Shown here one piece after another: positions 24,996-39,000 of a stretch of DNA of 64,000 nucleotides. Within the stretch, counting starts at the first letter, position 1. The number at the start of each line of letters is the position of its first letter. The stretch spans positions 51,522,001 through 51,586,000 of the forward strand of contig OX597828.1 of assembly GCA_951406725.2 (NCBI GenBank). The letters are read 5' to 3'. The DNA comes from Octopus vulgaris (taxonomy: Eukaryota). The notes beneath the pieces were generated by a model that was given only the letters and a program-made list of their open reading frames with translations, ran no database searches and was not told the DNA's origin. The position numbers and the translations under genes were made by a program.

Positions 24996-26500
24996 TATAT
25001 TTATGTTATTTTAGTATAATCTCTATGTCTATAAATGGCAAAGTATCTGTGTATATTTGTATCTGTGAGTCCTTTATACAAACCCACAGTTTTTCACGTA
25101 AAAGGCTCGCATTTTCTATGTTCTTTCAAAACTGTCTGAGGGTGGTCATGAAGATTTTTTCATTTCCCCAGTCACCCCAGAAAGCCATTAAGAAATCGAT
25201 AAACCGACCCCTTATGCCTATAAGTTATGGGCATATCCATTAAATGAATCGATTCAGGAAGGGCTTTACTTTTATGCCTTCGGTTGATTTGAGCTATCCA
25301 GCGAGAGCCCAGGATGTTTTATTCAAGTAGGATTAAAAATGAAAAATGAATAAGTTGACCCCGCCACAAGGAAGTTTCATAAAAGAAACGTTTATTTGTT
25401 TGCATTCAGCCAGAGATCGAATCATTTGCTACATACACAGCAGGGGCATAGGGTTATCAGGGTGATCCTTCTGGTGCAAGAAATCTTAATTTGATTCGAG
25501 TTTACCAAAATTGCCAATCAATCAGTGGAAATTCAATAAAACTATCACTTGCGGTGTTTCCGCATTTAAATTGACTGCAACCTTTTCTTTTAGCCTTAAC
25601 CTGAGGTACGAATGACCTAATATGCAAACGATTTTCTTAAGCGAAATTTTATGCTTTTGTATTTTGAGATACGAGGGAAATTTGAGATGCTATATATATA
25701 TATATACGAAGGGGTGTGTATGATTGTGTATAGAAGAACATATTACTCAAAGTAATTCCAACTCTGTTTTTTATGTTTTATCTATATTCTTATAATATTA
25801 ATATAGGATATAGAATATATAGTAAGAAAGAAATGAAATGAAGTATTGCTTGTCGTATTGAACAAATGAAATATTGAAAATTAAATATTAAATGTCAATT
25901 CTCATTCAACTAGTATACTTTCTTGCACACTTTTTTGCATTTAAGCTTTCATCAGGTTCAGAATGTGACAGAAACGCTTCGACTGTTCGAAGCGTTTCCT
26001 TTCCATGACTTTCATCTGTTATGTTCCTGCCGTAAGGATTCACTTCCTCGCACGCCAGTTTAATTTAATTTGTCCTCAGTTGAAGGACACCCCTTGTGAA
26101 TGTCCTGTTGTTTGTATTTGTAGTATATATATATATATATACACACAATCATTATCTGCTGTTCTAGCAGCTATACAACGTTCGAAGTTTAATTTCTTGC
26201 CTGTAATATGAATACGCATACACACAAACACAAACAAACACACACAAACACACACACGCACACACACACACATACACACACACACACACACGCACACACA
26301 CACCCACATATACACACGCACATTTATACATATACAGTATAAAGTATTCATTATAATTAGCGTGTATATACCTTGAAACCTCTATAGGTGGAATTTTGAT
26401 GTGAGCAGCTACGATTAGCCGTGACCGCTCAATTTAATCGGTGAATTGTTAATGAATACAGGCAAATACATGCACACATACATACATACATTCATACATT

Positions 26501-26597
<97 letters not shown>

Positions 26598-26599
26598 AT

Positions 26600-26790
26600 G
26601 CACAAGGGGTGCTGAAAGTTCCTGGGTTTGCGTATTAGAAAAAACAGGAAGATCAGTTAATTATTGAACATATTGCCCTTTCAGATTCACAGACTTATTT
26701 CGGCGGCCCTACAGTTTTTCTAAGCCCTGTAAAAGAACTCGAATGGGTGGGCCTCCAACGAGGCCTTTCGCGACACCCTTAAAACCAGAA
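26600..26790 (-). mobile_element. mariner 3' fragment
   Basis: TIR-like aaggggtgctgaaagttcctgg; minus strand FFYR.LEKL..RRNKSVNLKGQYV. Confidence 0.6.
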
Positions 26791-26820
26791 CTATATACAT
26801 ATCCATATATATATACATAT

Positions 26821-26909
<89 letters not shown>

Positions 26910-26966
26910 AGTGTGTGTGTGTGTTTCTGTTTTTCTGTGAGTGAGTATGTATGCATTATAATATTT

Positions 26967-27196
26967 ATTTCTTTATTGCCCACAAGGGGGCAAACAAAGA
27001 GGGAACAAACAAGGACAGACAAAGGGCCAAGTCGGTTACCTCGACTCCAGTGCGTAACTGGTACTTAATTTATCGACCCCGAAAGGATGAAAGGCAAAGT
27101 CGCCCTCGGCGGAATTTGAATTCAGAACGTAACGGCAGCTAAAATACCGCTATGCATTTCGCCCGACGTGATAACGATTCTGCCAGCTCGCCGCCC
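26967..27196 (-). mobile_element. SINE family C with 11-bp TSD
   Basis: TSD ttataatattt at 26956-26966 and 27197-27207. Confidence 0.88.
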
Positions 27197-28334
27197 TTAT
27201 AATATTTGTTCGCATATACTGGCTTGTCATAGTAGGAATACATTTCTTGTTATTTGCACTTGTAGCGAGTAATTGAAAAAAACAAGAAACGAAAGAAGAA
27301 TAATGCATTTTGTCTTATATAATAGAATTGTGGTTTGATAGAGTACATCTCTATATAAATACTATAATTCTGGTATAATAATTTGTTCCACCCAACCCCG
27401 ATCCATTTTAGTTCACGGTCAACGTCAATTTGCTTCTAGTATATATATAACATCTCATCTCAAGTTTACAGTGAATATTATCTTCTATTTTCGGTTTTAA
27501 ATATTTTAAGTATCTATCTTTACGATATTATTTTCTTGAATATATAACAATTGTTATATTCAATATATGTATCTTTTTCACGATTGTGGATGAATAAAAC
27601 ACGAACAAGAGATAAAAAAGAAAGTGTTATCAGCAGTGTATAAAGATATTCTGTAATTAAATAATATCATACTGTAATCATTCATTTGATACCCACACTT
27701 CGCTTCAGCCTAAACGACTGTATTGTGTTCTGATATATATATATATATATTTTTTAGTTTCAGTTTCCTTATTACTTCTGAAAATGACAGGATAGAAAAT
27801 AAAGTAAATATCAATTTATATCTTGTATGTTCTTGGGGAATAAAATCTTTCTATTATTTTCTACGAACTCAAATAAAATTGCCAGAACACTTGGGTAGTG
27901 GTGGGTGTTGTCGGTGGGAATGGAAAGGTGAGATATGGTTTAAAGACTTACTATAGTTTGCAATATCTATAATACGTATCAAATCAATCTATTATATCTG
28001 TCTACATATCTGTCTATCTCTCTGTGTGTCTGCCTGCTTACATCTCTGTCTGTCTGTCTGTCTACATATATGTATGTCTATGTGACCCCGCGCGCAGACA
28101 CACAAAATACCAGAGTTCATACATTTGAGTTACACACTCCCGTTTTAACTTGGTTCTCCTTTTTTTTTAGCTCTTTTTCTCAGTTCTGTCTCCCTAAGCA
28201 ATATCTGTATTGTATGTTAACCAAGTCTAAGAGACTAGCGAACAAGACAAAATCAAGTTGTATAATAAGCGTCATGAATACTTTGCTAAAGGTAACCATC
28301 TTGAAATATAGTTGGGGAAATCTTAACGGCTGGT

Positions 28335-28640
28335 GATTCGACGATTTCCCCTTAGAGCTGCACACCTATCTCGGATGGTTTTCTCAGTTCTGCTTGTTGC
28401 GGGTCTCCCAGAACGTTCGTCAATATTTTTTCGACCATTTTGGGAACGTCTGAAATATTCGTACACTTGTGTGCGGCTCGTACACTCCCCTCCATACACC
28501 TTCTGCAACTTTGCGTACGCCTCTGACAACTTCTGTCATAGCCAATGCGACGATCCCACGCTACGCACCTTCCTCCAATCACTTCTGTAAACAGCGGGAG
28601 AAAGCTGGAACGTTCAAACATAGTGAGCATGCAAAGCGAA
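28335..28640 (-). mobile_element. mariner transposase N-terminal fragment
   Basis: YAKLQKVYGGECTSRTQVYEYFRRSQNGR..DERSGRP (ORF 28323-28529). Confidence 0.8.
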
Positions 28641-28746
28641 GTTCAAGGCAAATGTTTGCCAAGACGCTTTACTCTGCATGCTTTAGCTATGTTATTTTGA
28701 CTATAGTTTGAATACTTATACATCAGACGTCGTATAGCTATATCTA

Positions 28747-28807
<61 letters not shown>

Positions 28808-28821
28808 GTCTGTCTGTCAGT

Positions 28822-28916
<95 letters not shown>

Positions 28917-29374
28917 GGGTTGGAGATGAAGTTCAAGTATTATATATTAGCAGAAATGATGTACTCAGAAATCTGGATGGTTTTATATTTACAGATATTT
29001 ATTAGTATGTTACATGTTTGTATAAATCATATATCATATATTAGCGCTTTCGTCCACTCTAGTGGAGTTGTCAAATTGAACTTTTGCAGGAATTTTGTCT
29101 CTTTTTATAGTATTATTGAGTGTGTAGGGGTAGAAAGAGATATAAGTTAGTATAAGAAGATGAGGAATAGGGGGAATTTGAGAGAGAGAGCGTGTGTGTG
29201 TGTGTGTGTGTGTGTGTGATATGAAAGAAGTGTTAAAGAAAAACAGAAGGAAAGGAAGGATAAGGAGAGAAAGAAGAAAACATTTGTTGCTATCTCTGCA
29301 GCTGGTTAGTCTTTCAATAGTAAATAATTCTTGTCTTTTTGAAATGGCAAACCCAGATGTGGTGAAAGAGTAGA

Positions 29375-29508
29375 GCAGTGTTCGCCACCACTCCCTGGTG
29401 CTTTAGGTGTTTTCGGTCAATAAACACTCACAGCGCCCGATCTGGGAATCGAAACAGCGATCCCACAACCGTACGTTCGCTGCCCTAACCATTGGGCCAT
29501 TGCGCCTC
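29375..29508 (-). mobile_element. SINE head B1 fragment
   Basis: Matches 38560-38699 and 56450-56590. Confidence 0.7.
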
Positions 29509-30096
29509 ACAAACACACACACACGTACATATATATATATAAATATATACATACACACACTTGCACACACACACACACACACGTATATACATATAATTAT
29601 GCCAACATAATCATGTATAAGGTTGGTCCTTCTCAATGGAAATCAGAAACAAACGGAGACAGCAGAGATGTAACAGAAGTATAGAAAAAAAGTTGACACG
29701 AAGCTATGTCTTGTAAACATGGCTAATGTGGTGTGGTTGGAAATGTTTATGGCAGAAGGAGAGGAAAAGATAGAAATTGTTCAGTGAAGAATGGATTTCA
29801 AGAGAAAAGAGACGAGTGACTTGTTCAATAGGAATTAATTTTTTTTAAGTGTTTGGGAGCTTGTGCTTAATATGGAAAATGTACTGTTTGTCTGGCTGCG
29901 CATCACGCTGTGTGTAGTTGTGTACTAGTGCCTCTGTCTGTAGTTATAAGAAGATTGAAAAATTGTTCATAGATGAAATTAGTGGTGTGTATGGTGAGCG
30001 TTGTACAAGGAGAAATTTCGTGTGCATCAGTCGCACCTATTAGTGTGATTTCAGTAAAACGAATCGACTACAGGGTTCATATACTTCTTTGAGCCT

Positions 30097-30495
30097 AAGG
30101 CGGCGAGCGGGAAGAAACGTTAGCACGCCGGGCGAAAAGCTTAGCGGTTTTCGTCTGCCGCTACGTTCTGAGTTCAAATTCCACCGAGGTCGACTTTGCC
30201 TTTCATCCTTTCGGGGTCAATTAAATAAGTACCAGTTACGCACTGGTGTCGCTATAATCGACTTAGTCCGTTTGTCTGTCCTTGTTCCTCCTCTCTGTGT
30301 TTAGCCCCTTGTGGGAAGTAAAGAAACAAGCATTTCGTATGTCTTTACGTTCTGAGTTAAGATTCCACCGAGGTCGACTTTGCCTTTCATCCTTTTGGGG
30401 TTGATAAATTAAGTATCAGTTGCGTACTGGAGTCGATCTAATCGACTTGTTCCCTCCATCAAAAATTTCGGGTTTTGTGCATAGAGTAGAAAAGC
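30097..30495 (+). mobile_element. SINE family C followed by a second, partial C-type unit
   Basis: acgttctgagtt...ccgaggtcgactttgcctttcatcc appears at about 30163 and 30347. Confidence 0.8.
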
Positions 30496-30504
30496 TACTA
30501 TTTT

Positions 30505-30745
30505 GAGCCAGGTACTTTATGTGAAATCGCTAACTTACGGTGACATGTACGCAACAACAACAGTTGTGAAACTTTCATACATAGACACAAAACACACATA
30601 CACAACGGGATTCTTTCGGTTTCCGTCTACTAAAACCATTCACAAGGCGGTGGGTGGTCAGCCTCACTTTTGCCCAATGCCTCAAGTAGTGGAACTGAAT
30701 CCGGGACTGGAAAGTTCACTTCTTACCACTCAGTCACATCTTTGC
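30505..30745 (-). mobile_element. SINE family A, degenerate
   Basis: ttctttcggtttccgtctac, cacaaggc and cttaccac blocks. Confidence 0.6.
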
Positions 30746-31239
30746 CCAAGTGATGTGCAAGTATCCTGAAGATGTCTAAGTGTATGCGTATATCAAAACG
30801 TATAGTTAAAGAATAGATGTGTTTATAGTGTGAATTCTACTGAAGTGCGATGTTTGCGCTACGTGTGTTAATAGGCTTATGTTGCTCGTGTGTATTGTGG
30901 GTGATATGCCCTGTGCGCTTGCGTAGATATTGTAGATTTGTCATTAAACGTGACCGGTAGTGAGTGTGATTTGAAAGGAGTGTCATGCGTGTTAATGCTG
31001 CGTGTAAAAGGGGTTGCTGGAAAGTTCTTGATTCTGGGCAAAATACAGATCAGTGAAACTTATCTACCTAAAGTTCGGTCGATCGGGATTTTATTGCTGA
31101 TGAGAACAGAAAATATATTTCACAAGATTAAATGCTAGATTTGGTAAAACTTCATGTCAAATATACTCTGCTTTACTTGTCAGGAAGACGAGTTATATAC
31201 GAAGGGGTGCTGAAAAGTATATATATATATATATATATA

Positions 31240-31555
31240 CACGAGGGTGTATCCCCAATACCCAAGAATTTTTGTAATATTACTTTATTCACTTAGTTTT
31301 ACATGCTTACACTTTTGTCGTCTTCAAAGTATTCAAAGTATGCAATCCAGACGGGTTTTTCACGGTTCGAAACAGTCCTGGAACTCTTGTGAATGCTGCC
31401 TTTTAACGCCTATGTCATTTTTTCTTCACCTCTTGCACAACAGCAGATCGTTTTCCTTTAAGAGGGTGGGGGTGTGGACAAAAAGTACCGCAGGGAGGAA
31501 GATCGCGGGAATAGGGAGGGTAGGTAAGCGGGGTTCATGCCATTTTTACTCAAAA
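31240..31555 (-). mobile_element. mariner 3' fragment
   Basis: TIR-like cgagggtgtatcc; minus-strand LKGKR...EFQDCFEP..RLD remnants. Confidence 0.6.
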
Positions 31556-31571
31556 ATTGTCTCACACTCAA

Positions 31572-31573
31572 GA

Positions 31574-31663
<90 letters not shown>

Positions 31664-31810
31664 TAATAATAACAACAACAACAACATAGAAAAATACCTT
31701 AGGAATGAGAACCCAGGTTTGAAATTTCCCCAAGACACCTGATGAAGGCTGGAGGGTATATCAGCCGAAACGTTGTGTTAACAACAAACAAGTCAAATGT
31801 AAATAATGTA
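31572..31810 (+). mobile_element. 5'-truncated copy of the tRNA-head/hammerhead element
   Basis: (AAT)n followed by aaataccttaggaatgagaaccc...HHR...gtcaaatgtaaataatgta, as at 9558-9785. Confidence 0.75.
31734..31779 (+). ncRNA. Minimal type I hammerhead ribozyme
   Basis: gacac-CTGATGA-a-GGCTG...CAGCC-GAAACGTT-gtgtt; perfect 5-bp stem II. Confidence 0.75.
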
Positions 31811-31836
31811 TGTTGTTTTAATTTTCCTCGCTTCAT

Positions 31837-32330
31837 TTCTTCTTCTTCTTCTTCTTCTTCTTCTTCTTCTTCTTCTTCTTCTTCTTCTTCTTCTTCAGCG
31901 TTATCCATTTCTCCATTTTCCTTTATTCCTCCATCACTTCCCTTTCCTTACTTACTCCTCCTCTCCATTTCTGGTCCTTTGCATCCGTCTTTATTCCTCC
32001 ACCTTCTCATCTCCCTTCTCCTCCTCCCTCTCCTCCTCTCCTCATCATTATCATCGTTTCCTCCAATCCCCTATCCTTGTTACACAGTTTTGTCCCATTG
32101 CTCCACGCCTATGCCTTCTCTCCTCCCCTTCTTTCCCTCCTCCCCCTTCCTCCTCCCTCACTCTGCCCCCTTTCTTATTCTTCCTCCTCCTATTCCTCCT
32201 ATTCTTACTCCTCGTCATCTTTCTCTCGTCCTCTTTGTCTTTGTATTCCTCTCTTTCTCTTTCTATCACTCCTTTCTTAGTTTTAACTCGTAATTCCTCT
32301 CCATTCGTTTTCCCCTGTTTCCTATAAAAT
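31837..32330. repeat. (CTT)n microsatellite and polypyrimidine low-complexity tract
   Basis: Seen directly. Confidence 0.85.
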
Positions 32331-32774
32331 CCAACTTTATCTCAACATTTTGCTACTATATTAGTCCAATATCTCGTTTCTCTCAAACGACGCCATTTTA
32401 TTGGGTTTGGAATAAACTGACTGCAGCACATTTCGCGACATTAACTACGGAAGAAAAGAATGCCTCACAATAGAATTCATCCAAAAGATAAAAATGAACA
32501 CAGGATCTGAAGAACACAAGACTCTCACGAATCAATTGGATTAAATCATTGAAGCAAATAAAGCAGCACGAAGAAATATATCTTGCAGATAATTTAGAAA
32601 CCTGCGCAGAAATATATATCTAGACATATATGTGTAGATTTTCTATTTGTAGAGTTTATAACAACGACCAGAAAAGTGAAATAAAACGTGCATTTTTAAG
32701 TGAATAAAAAATATTTGATATGTTTATAGGAATATATGGCTTATAATAAAGTAGATATTGGTTACGACAATAAT

Positions 32775-33240
32775 GGTTTCAACTTTTGGCACAGGTGCAG
32801 GAAATTTTGTATGGAAGGGGTTGTCGATTACATTCATACCAGTACTTGACTGGTACTTTATTCCATTGGCACCAAGAATAATAAAAGACAAAGTTGACCT
32901 CGGCAGTATTTGCATTGAGGCTGAAGAAATGAACATCAGCATTCATTTTCTCCGGCGCACTATCGATTCAGCTACATTGCGGATTTAGTTGCAAATTTAG
33001 GCTCAAAGCCAGCAAGGGTTGGGCAAGTCGATTAAATTGATCGATGTACTTGGCTGGTACATATATTTTATCTATCTCAATACAATAAAAGGGAAAGTTA
33101 CCCACAGCGGAATTGTAACTCAAAAGGCAAACAGACGAGCAAATAACATAAGTTATATTTTCCGATGCTTTTACTGATATTGCAATCGCTTGCTTCAGTT
33201 TCGTTACTTACGCTTGTTTCTAATTTAGGCACAAGGCAAA
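32775..33240 (-). mobile_element. Two degenerate family C-type SINEs in tandem
   Basis: Repeated ggcaca..gtcgatta..ctggtac..aaagttgacctcggc blocks. Confidence 0.55.
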
Positions 33241-33242
33241 TA

Positions 33243-33808
33243 TTGGGTTGTCCGGAAAGTTCGTGCCGATTTATAGTAGCTTAACTTTCGACTTATTTTA
33301 GAACATGGTTGAGTCCATAAAATATGATTTGACTACACCTCCATTTAGAGCACAGTCTAAGCTATCTTTTCGTGGAAGAAATTTTATGTTCCTATAACCT
33401 GTGTTAATTCTGTAACCCTTTAAAATGGTAGATAAAAAAGTATATTATCGGCACTTGATGCTTTGGGAACCAGACAAAAATTGCTGCAGCTCGGCTGGGA
33501 TGTGTTACCCAACGCGCCATATACAACAGATATTGCTCCTTCGGATTTCCACTTATTCAGGTCCCTGCAGAATAGTCTTAATGGTAAAAATTTCAATTCC
33601 TTGGATGACGTAAAAAGATACCTTGATAAATTCTTTGCCATGAAATCACCTCAATTCTGGGAAGAGGGTATTTTCAAGTTAAAGGAGAGATGGAGACGCA
33701 TTGTGCAACAAAATGGTTCATATTTAGTTGATTAAAGATATAATGGCAGGTATTTATTGACCTTTTTCTTTCCTTTAAAAATCGGCACGCACTTTTGGGA
33801 CAACTCAA
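33243..33808 (+). mobile_element. Internally deleted mariner element with both TIRs
   Basis: TIRs ttgggttgtccggaaagttcgtgccgattt / aaatcggcacgcacttttgggacaactcaa; TA TSD; transposase C-terminus LGWDVLPNAPYTTDIAPSDFHLFRSL...W..IVQQNGSY. Confidence 0.92.
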
Positions 33809-34132
33809 TAATTTTGATATGTTGGGGAGCTAGACGAATGCATAAGTCCTGCACCTGACTTGCAATTTTTTTTTTATCGTCCCCAGTGGGATGAAAAATA
33901 CTGCTGACTTTGAAATGATTTAACACTAGAGCCATGATAAGCTTGTTCGACGTTTTAACGAATCTACTAATTCACAGCCCTTGAATCTGCTTACTACTTA
34001 TAAATAAACGAATAACTGTGTTAAAAATGAGAAATTTTGCTCGAATAAATGTATTAAAATGTTACATCCCCAAAATCTCGCTATAATTGTTCCTTTGGTG
34101 TTCATTGAAACATATATCTACCGCTGTTCATT

Positions 34133-34191
<59 letters not shown>

Positions 34192-34578
34192 AGAGAGAGA
34201 GAGAGAGAGAGAGATATCCTCTTCTTTCCCGTATATAATGTTGTATTGTAAGAAACTATGTCATAAATACCGTCTGCCTAGCAGTATTGTTTCCCATATA
34301 TTTTGTAAATAATCTTTATTTTACCTCTAAAATATATTTACTTGTATGACTTTTTTTTATATAATTCCCACGGTGTTAAATATATTTAGGTTAACAATTT
34401 TCAGATTTAGATTTGGATAATGATCTGCCACAGAAATATTGAAATCTACTGAAATTGGTATGGCTAGTATTAAAGTTGATAAGACAGTTTATTATTACTT
34501 GTTAAGGTTATCTCCCAAGGTTTTCTACACGAAATACAATCTTTCTGCATGTCATTAACCGAGTGTATTACTATTATT

Positions 34579-34815
34579 GAGCGAGAGAGCAGTGCATGCC
34601 ATCAAGGTCACACTGGGGTGAAATATACTGAGCCCAGTATACCCATACTGATAAGGGTACACTAAGCACATGCATCACAACAATATATGCGCGACATCGT
34701 GATCTGATACCAAGATCAACCAACAGCGCATGATCTTGTATGACCTTGCCCAGTTAGAATTTCCTCCAGGTCGAGTAGCACATCCCGCTCAAAAGATCCC
34801 TCGTAAGAGTAGTTC
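34579..34815 (-). mobile_element. Family X non-coding element, 3' part
   Basis: Homologous to 46068-46300; abuts attatt. Confidence 0.7.
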
Positions 34816-34849
34816 AGAGGAGACCTGACCAATGAGTATAAATATAAAT

Positions 34850-35519
34850 GTTTTCTCAAAGTGAGCAGGATATGGCGGATGGGTCTACCAGATATTTACA
34901 AAGAATACTAGCAGAACTAAACGCTCGTGAACAGGTTGTTGTTGAAGAACATATGTGGGAGACTATAAAGGTGATGGTCAATGTTATTGTTACTAGCATA
35001 GATCCTTGGTCTCTTGTCATATTTACGACACAGATAGGAAGGCAGAGGTTCCTCACCGAATCTTGTCAAATGAAGTGTTCATGGATGTCAAGGTTTTAAA
35101 GGCTCCATACATACATAACCTACATATGTTAATTTATTTGGTGGAGCACGGAAAATTTTCCATGGTTTTCTCAAAGTACACAATACTGGAGACAGAGACA
35201 AAGGAAGATCCCACTGAAAGCGAAATGAAATTACGTCATTTGTTACTAATAGAGCGATTGATTTTGTACCTATGTGTTACACATCTCTCTTTACTCTTTT
35301 ACTCTTTTACTTGTTTCAGTCATTTGACTGCGGCCATGCTGGAGCACCACCTTTAGTCGAGCAAATCGACCCCGAGACTTATTTTTTGTAAGCCCAGTAC
35401 TTATTCTATCGGTCTCTTTTGCCGAACCGCTAAGTGACGGGGACGTAAACACACACCAGCATCGGTTGTCAAGCAATGCTAGGGGACAAACACAGACACA
35501 CAAACACACACACACATAC

Positions 35520-35563
<44 letters not shown>

Positions 35564-36350
35564 GACAGGCTTCTTTCAGTTTCCGTCTACCAAATCCACT
35601 CACAAGGCATTGGTCGGCCCGGGGCTATAGCAGAAGACACTTGCCCAAGATGCCACGCAGTGGGATTGAACCCAGAACCATGTGGTTGGTTAGCAAGCTA
35701 CTTACCACACAGCCACTCCTGCGCCTATTAATTAATTTGTTAATTAATTTCTATTATTATTCTTACATCACGCTGTTATCATTATTCTAGTTTCAGAGTT
35801 CCCCAATACCATCCAATACATTTGCCTGAAGTTGCTCATTAAATACAATTTGATTCCTTTTTACTTTTCTTCCACCATGGTATCATACTACTTGGTATCT
35901 TGCACAATGCCTTTGCATTCTCGTCACAACGCTTCAGAATTAACTGTCACAGTCGTTATCAAATGTAAATCGCTCCATGAAAGGTACAGTGCTGTTGTCT
36001 CGTAAAAACTGGCACCACTCCAGTTCCTTCCTCGATTCTAGCTTCTTTCATATTAAAAGTTGTTGAAACGTTTAACGATAAGTCGTTAGAATATGTTAGG
36101 CAACGTAAAACAGCAGTCTTCTTTCCGCTGTTGGTGAGAATACAATCAGTTTGATAAAGTTATTGTGAACCAGATATCTATGTATGATTTTTTTTCCTTC
36201 CTATCATTGTATATCCATGCACATCTTTTCATTGATTTCTCAAAATATGCATTACACACAGATGCAAGTCACAATGCACCTAGTCCGTTGTCCATGTATT
36301 TCGCCTAACCCATATTTTCAGCAATTCTTCTGTCGTCTCAGTTTTGGTGA
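34850..36350 (-). mobile_element. Highly decayed RTE-like LINE (APE endonuclease/RT remnants), interrupted by a SINE
   Basis: Minus-strand KYGLGE and SVCNAYFEK...WI recall APE motifs; weak evidence. Confidence 0.35.
35290..35726 (-). mobile_element. SINE family A, full length
   Basis: Near-identical to 46979-47394 and 61115-61541. Confidence 0.88.
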
Positions 36351-36389
36351 CTGTGTTCTAACACACACAAATACATCTCCACTCACATG

Positions 36390-36426
<37 letters not shown>

Positions 36427-36502
36427 GCGCGCGCGGAGGCATGAACACACATATTTGTACAAATATATATATATATATGTATATACATATATATATAGAG
36501 AG

Positions 36503-36536
<34 letters not shown>

Positions 36537-36549
36537 TAAGATGATATAT

Positions 36550-36765
36550 AATATATATATATATATCTATTTGTTTTGCGAGATTTTTTATGTGAAATCG
36601 TGTGTTGAAACAGATATTGTTGTATTTAGGAACGGTAATTTTGCCAGTTTAGCCAATAAAAACACATGCACTATATATTTGGTGTTACTTTGCTTCAGCG
36701 TTATTTAGTTTTTATATTAATCTTAATCATATTTCGGCCAGAGTTCTTTTGTCACACTCCTGTGA

Positions 36766-36770
<5 letters not shown>
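36550..36770. repeat. Dispersed repeat between (TA)n tracts
   Basis: gttttgc.ag.ttttt.atgtgaaatcgtgtgttgaaacagatattgttgtattta is shared with 51594-51650. Confidence 0.65.
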
Positions 36771-36840
<70 letters not shown>

Positions 36841-36924
36841 AATACATATATATATATATATATTTATATATATATTCACGTATGTATGCATATGTATATA
36901 TATGTGTTTTCACTCTCTCACATC

Positions 36925-36956
<32 letters not shown>

Positions 36957-36958
36957 GA

Positions 36959-37015
<57 letters not shown>

Positions 37016-37079
37016 TGTGTGTGTGTGTACGTGTGTGTGTATTAAAGGTTTTCTTACAAGTATTATTTTAAAATAATCT

Positions 37080-39000
37080 AAATTCCGGGTTTCAGGTATT
37101 ATATTCAGAATTTTGCATGTCTCGAAAAACCCATAAGTGTTTTGCTGAATGCTGTAGTAAATTCGCCTCTAAACTGTATTTTCTTTATTGAAGATTAAAT
37201 GAAGTCTATGAAGAACATTGCTCGCGGAAGTGTTATTTATTAAGGTATGTATTAAACAACTGTAAGTTGAGGTCTATAAGACAAAACACGGTGAGAGTAG
37301 GTGTTCAAAAGATTATGGATTTCTGGCAAGTAAGGTGTAGGCTTAGTTGTTTGATAAAAAAAGACTAGTAATGGTATTGGGAAAGCGGTATATACTAGTG
37401 TATCGGTTTGCGTTTTGGTGGATCCAGCATGTAATCAATGAGTTCTGAACCAAGGACGTTATAGAAACTGTACAAAAGGCATAGGTAAGAGTCGTATGTT
37501 TCTTCTTTATATCCAGTTCAGCTTTTTTTGTGATTACGTGGTATCTAGTTTCGTGTTGTCCAAATTTAAAGGATCGAGATAAATAGCATTTTATTGTTAC
37601 GACCTGTGATTGTATTGCTGGTTATTGCATTGTTGGAGAGAAAAAAGACATGTTGCTCCACAGGAGGATGGTTATGATGTCTGTATTTAGGGAGGCAAAG
37701 CAATATCTTGATATTTGAAATATGTTGTATATGAGGTTGTTCGTAGAAGATTAGATAAGAGGGCCAAGTGGTGACGACTCATCAGGTGGGAAAGCTGTCA
37801 GCATGCTGATATTTCAGTTTTGTGGCATATTGGGTGTTGAGTAGTATATGAATGTGCTCTGAGCAATTACATTGAGAATGGGAAAAACGAAAATGTGCAG
37901 GGTCGAATGTAGCTTGGCAGAGGCTGGTTTCAGAACTAAAAATAAAATCAGAGATATCAGAGTTGCATGTATGTCGCTCAGGGAAATTGCATGAGGGTAG
38001 ACATTGTGTAGACAGTTTATCAGTGCAAACAATTCTACTTTGCACCAGCAGCATCACTGTGAAAAATCTTTGAGTAGAGGTGAACTTTGATTTCATTAAT
38101 GACATTAAAAGAAGAGTAAAGAATAATAGAATTATATGTTCGCGATGTAAGTTAAGATGAGTTAGAACATTTGTCAGGGAGTGTATTTCGTACATTGTGA
38201 AGTGTGTGACCTCCTTCGGTCATGAATGACCATGGAATTGCACCTAGAAAGTTACCCTCCGAGGTACAAGTCTGGGCAAGGTTGCTTATGGAAGACCAGC
38301 AGTCGCCCTCGCATACCAGCCTCCCCTCTCTCCACGCCACCGATGTTATCCAAGTGAAAGGCAAAGGCCGATACAGTTTGGCACCATTGACGTCGCAGCT
38401 CATTTATTAACGTGCAAGTGGCTGAGCACTCCACAGACACGTGTACCCTTAACGTAGTTCTCGAGGAGATTCAGTGTGGCACAGGCTGGCCCTTTGAAAT
38501 CCAGGTACAACAGAAACAGGATGAACGAGTGAGAGAAAGTTGTGGTGAAAGAGTACAGCAGGGTTCACCCTGCCGGAGCCTCGTGGTGCTTTAGGTAGTT
38601 TTCGCTCAATAAACACTCACAGTGCCCGGTCTGGGAATCGAAACCACGATCCTACGACCGCGAGTCCGCCGCCCTAACCACCGGGCCATTGCGCCTCCAC
38701 ATTCTGAAGTAGAGTCTTTAAATGAGTATGATTGGAGTTTTGTTTACTAGTACCTATGTAAGAAACTCGAAAAATATAGTGCGTGAAGTCTATATCTGAA
38801 TTTCGAATGTTGACAGAAAATAGCGCAAGAGTAGAGAGCGGTATAACTCTTTGCTGATATTAGGAGGCGGATTGGTCTGGAATTCGTAGAGAAAATTTTG
38901 AGATATTTTAGATCTTAGATATTTGTTCCATTTTGTTTCAGATTAATTGTATGAGATTAAAATGTGCAGATTGTGATAAATTAAGAGTAGTTAATTTATC
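37080..39000 (-). mobile_element. Possible old L1/Tx1-like LINE remnant
   Basis: Strand-biased composition (A/C-rich on minus) and broken reading frames; no crisp motif recognised. Confidence 0.25.
38208..38699 (-). mobile_element. tRNA-derived SINE (head B1 plus tail 1, RTE-like)
   Basis: Minus head ggaggcgcaatggcccggtggttagggc...gtttcgattccc; tail shared with 10287-10480. Confidence 0.82.

Noticed and set aside
25948-25998. Perfect 12-bp hairpin gaaacgcttcga-ctgt-tcgaagcgtttc near a minus-strand CTGATGA, considered as a type II hammerhead
   Set aside because: Stems I and II could not be paired convincingly; the hairpin is real but unexplained.
31742-32327. 183-aa and 173-aa ORFs rich in S, L and P
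   Set aside because: Translations of (CTT)n and a polypyrimidine low-complexity tract.
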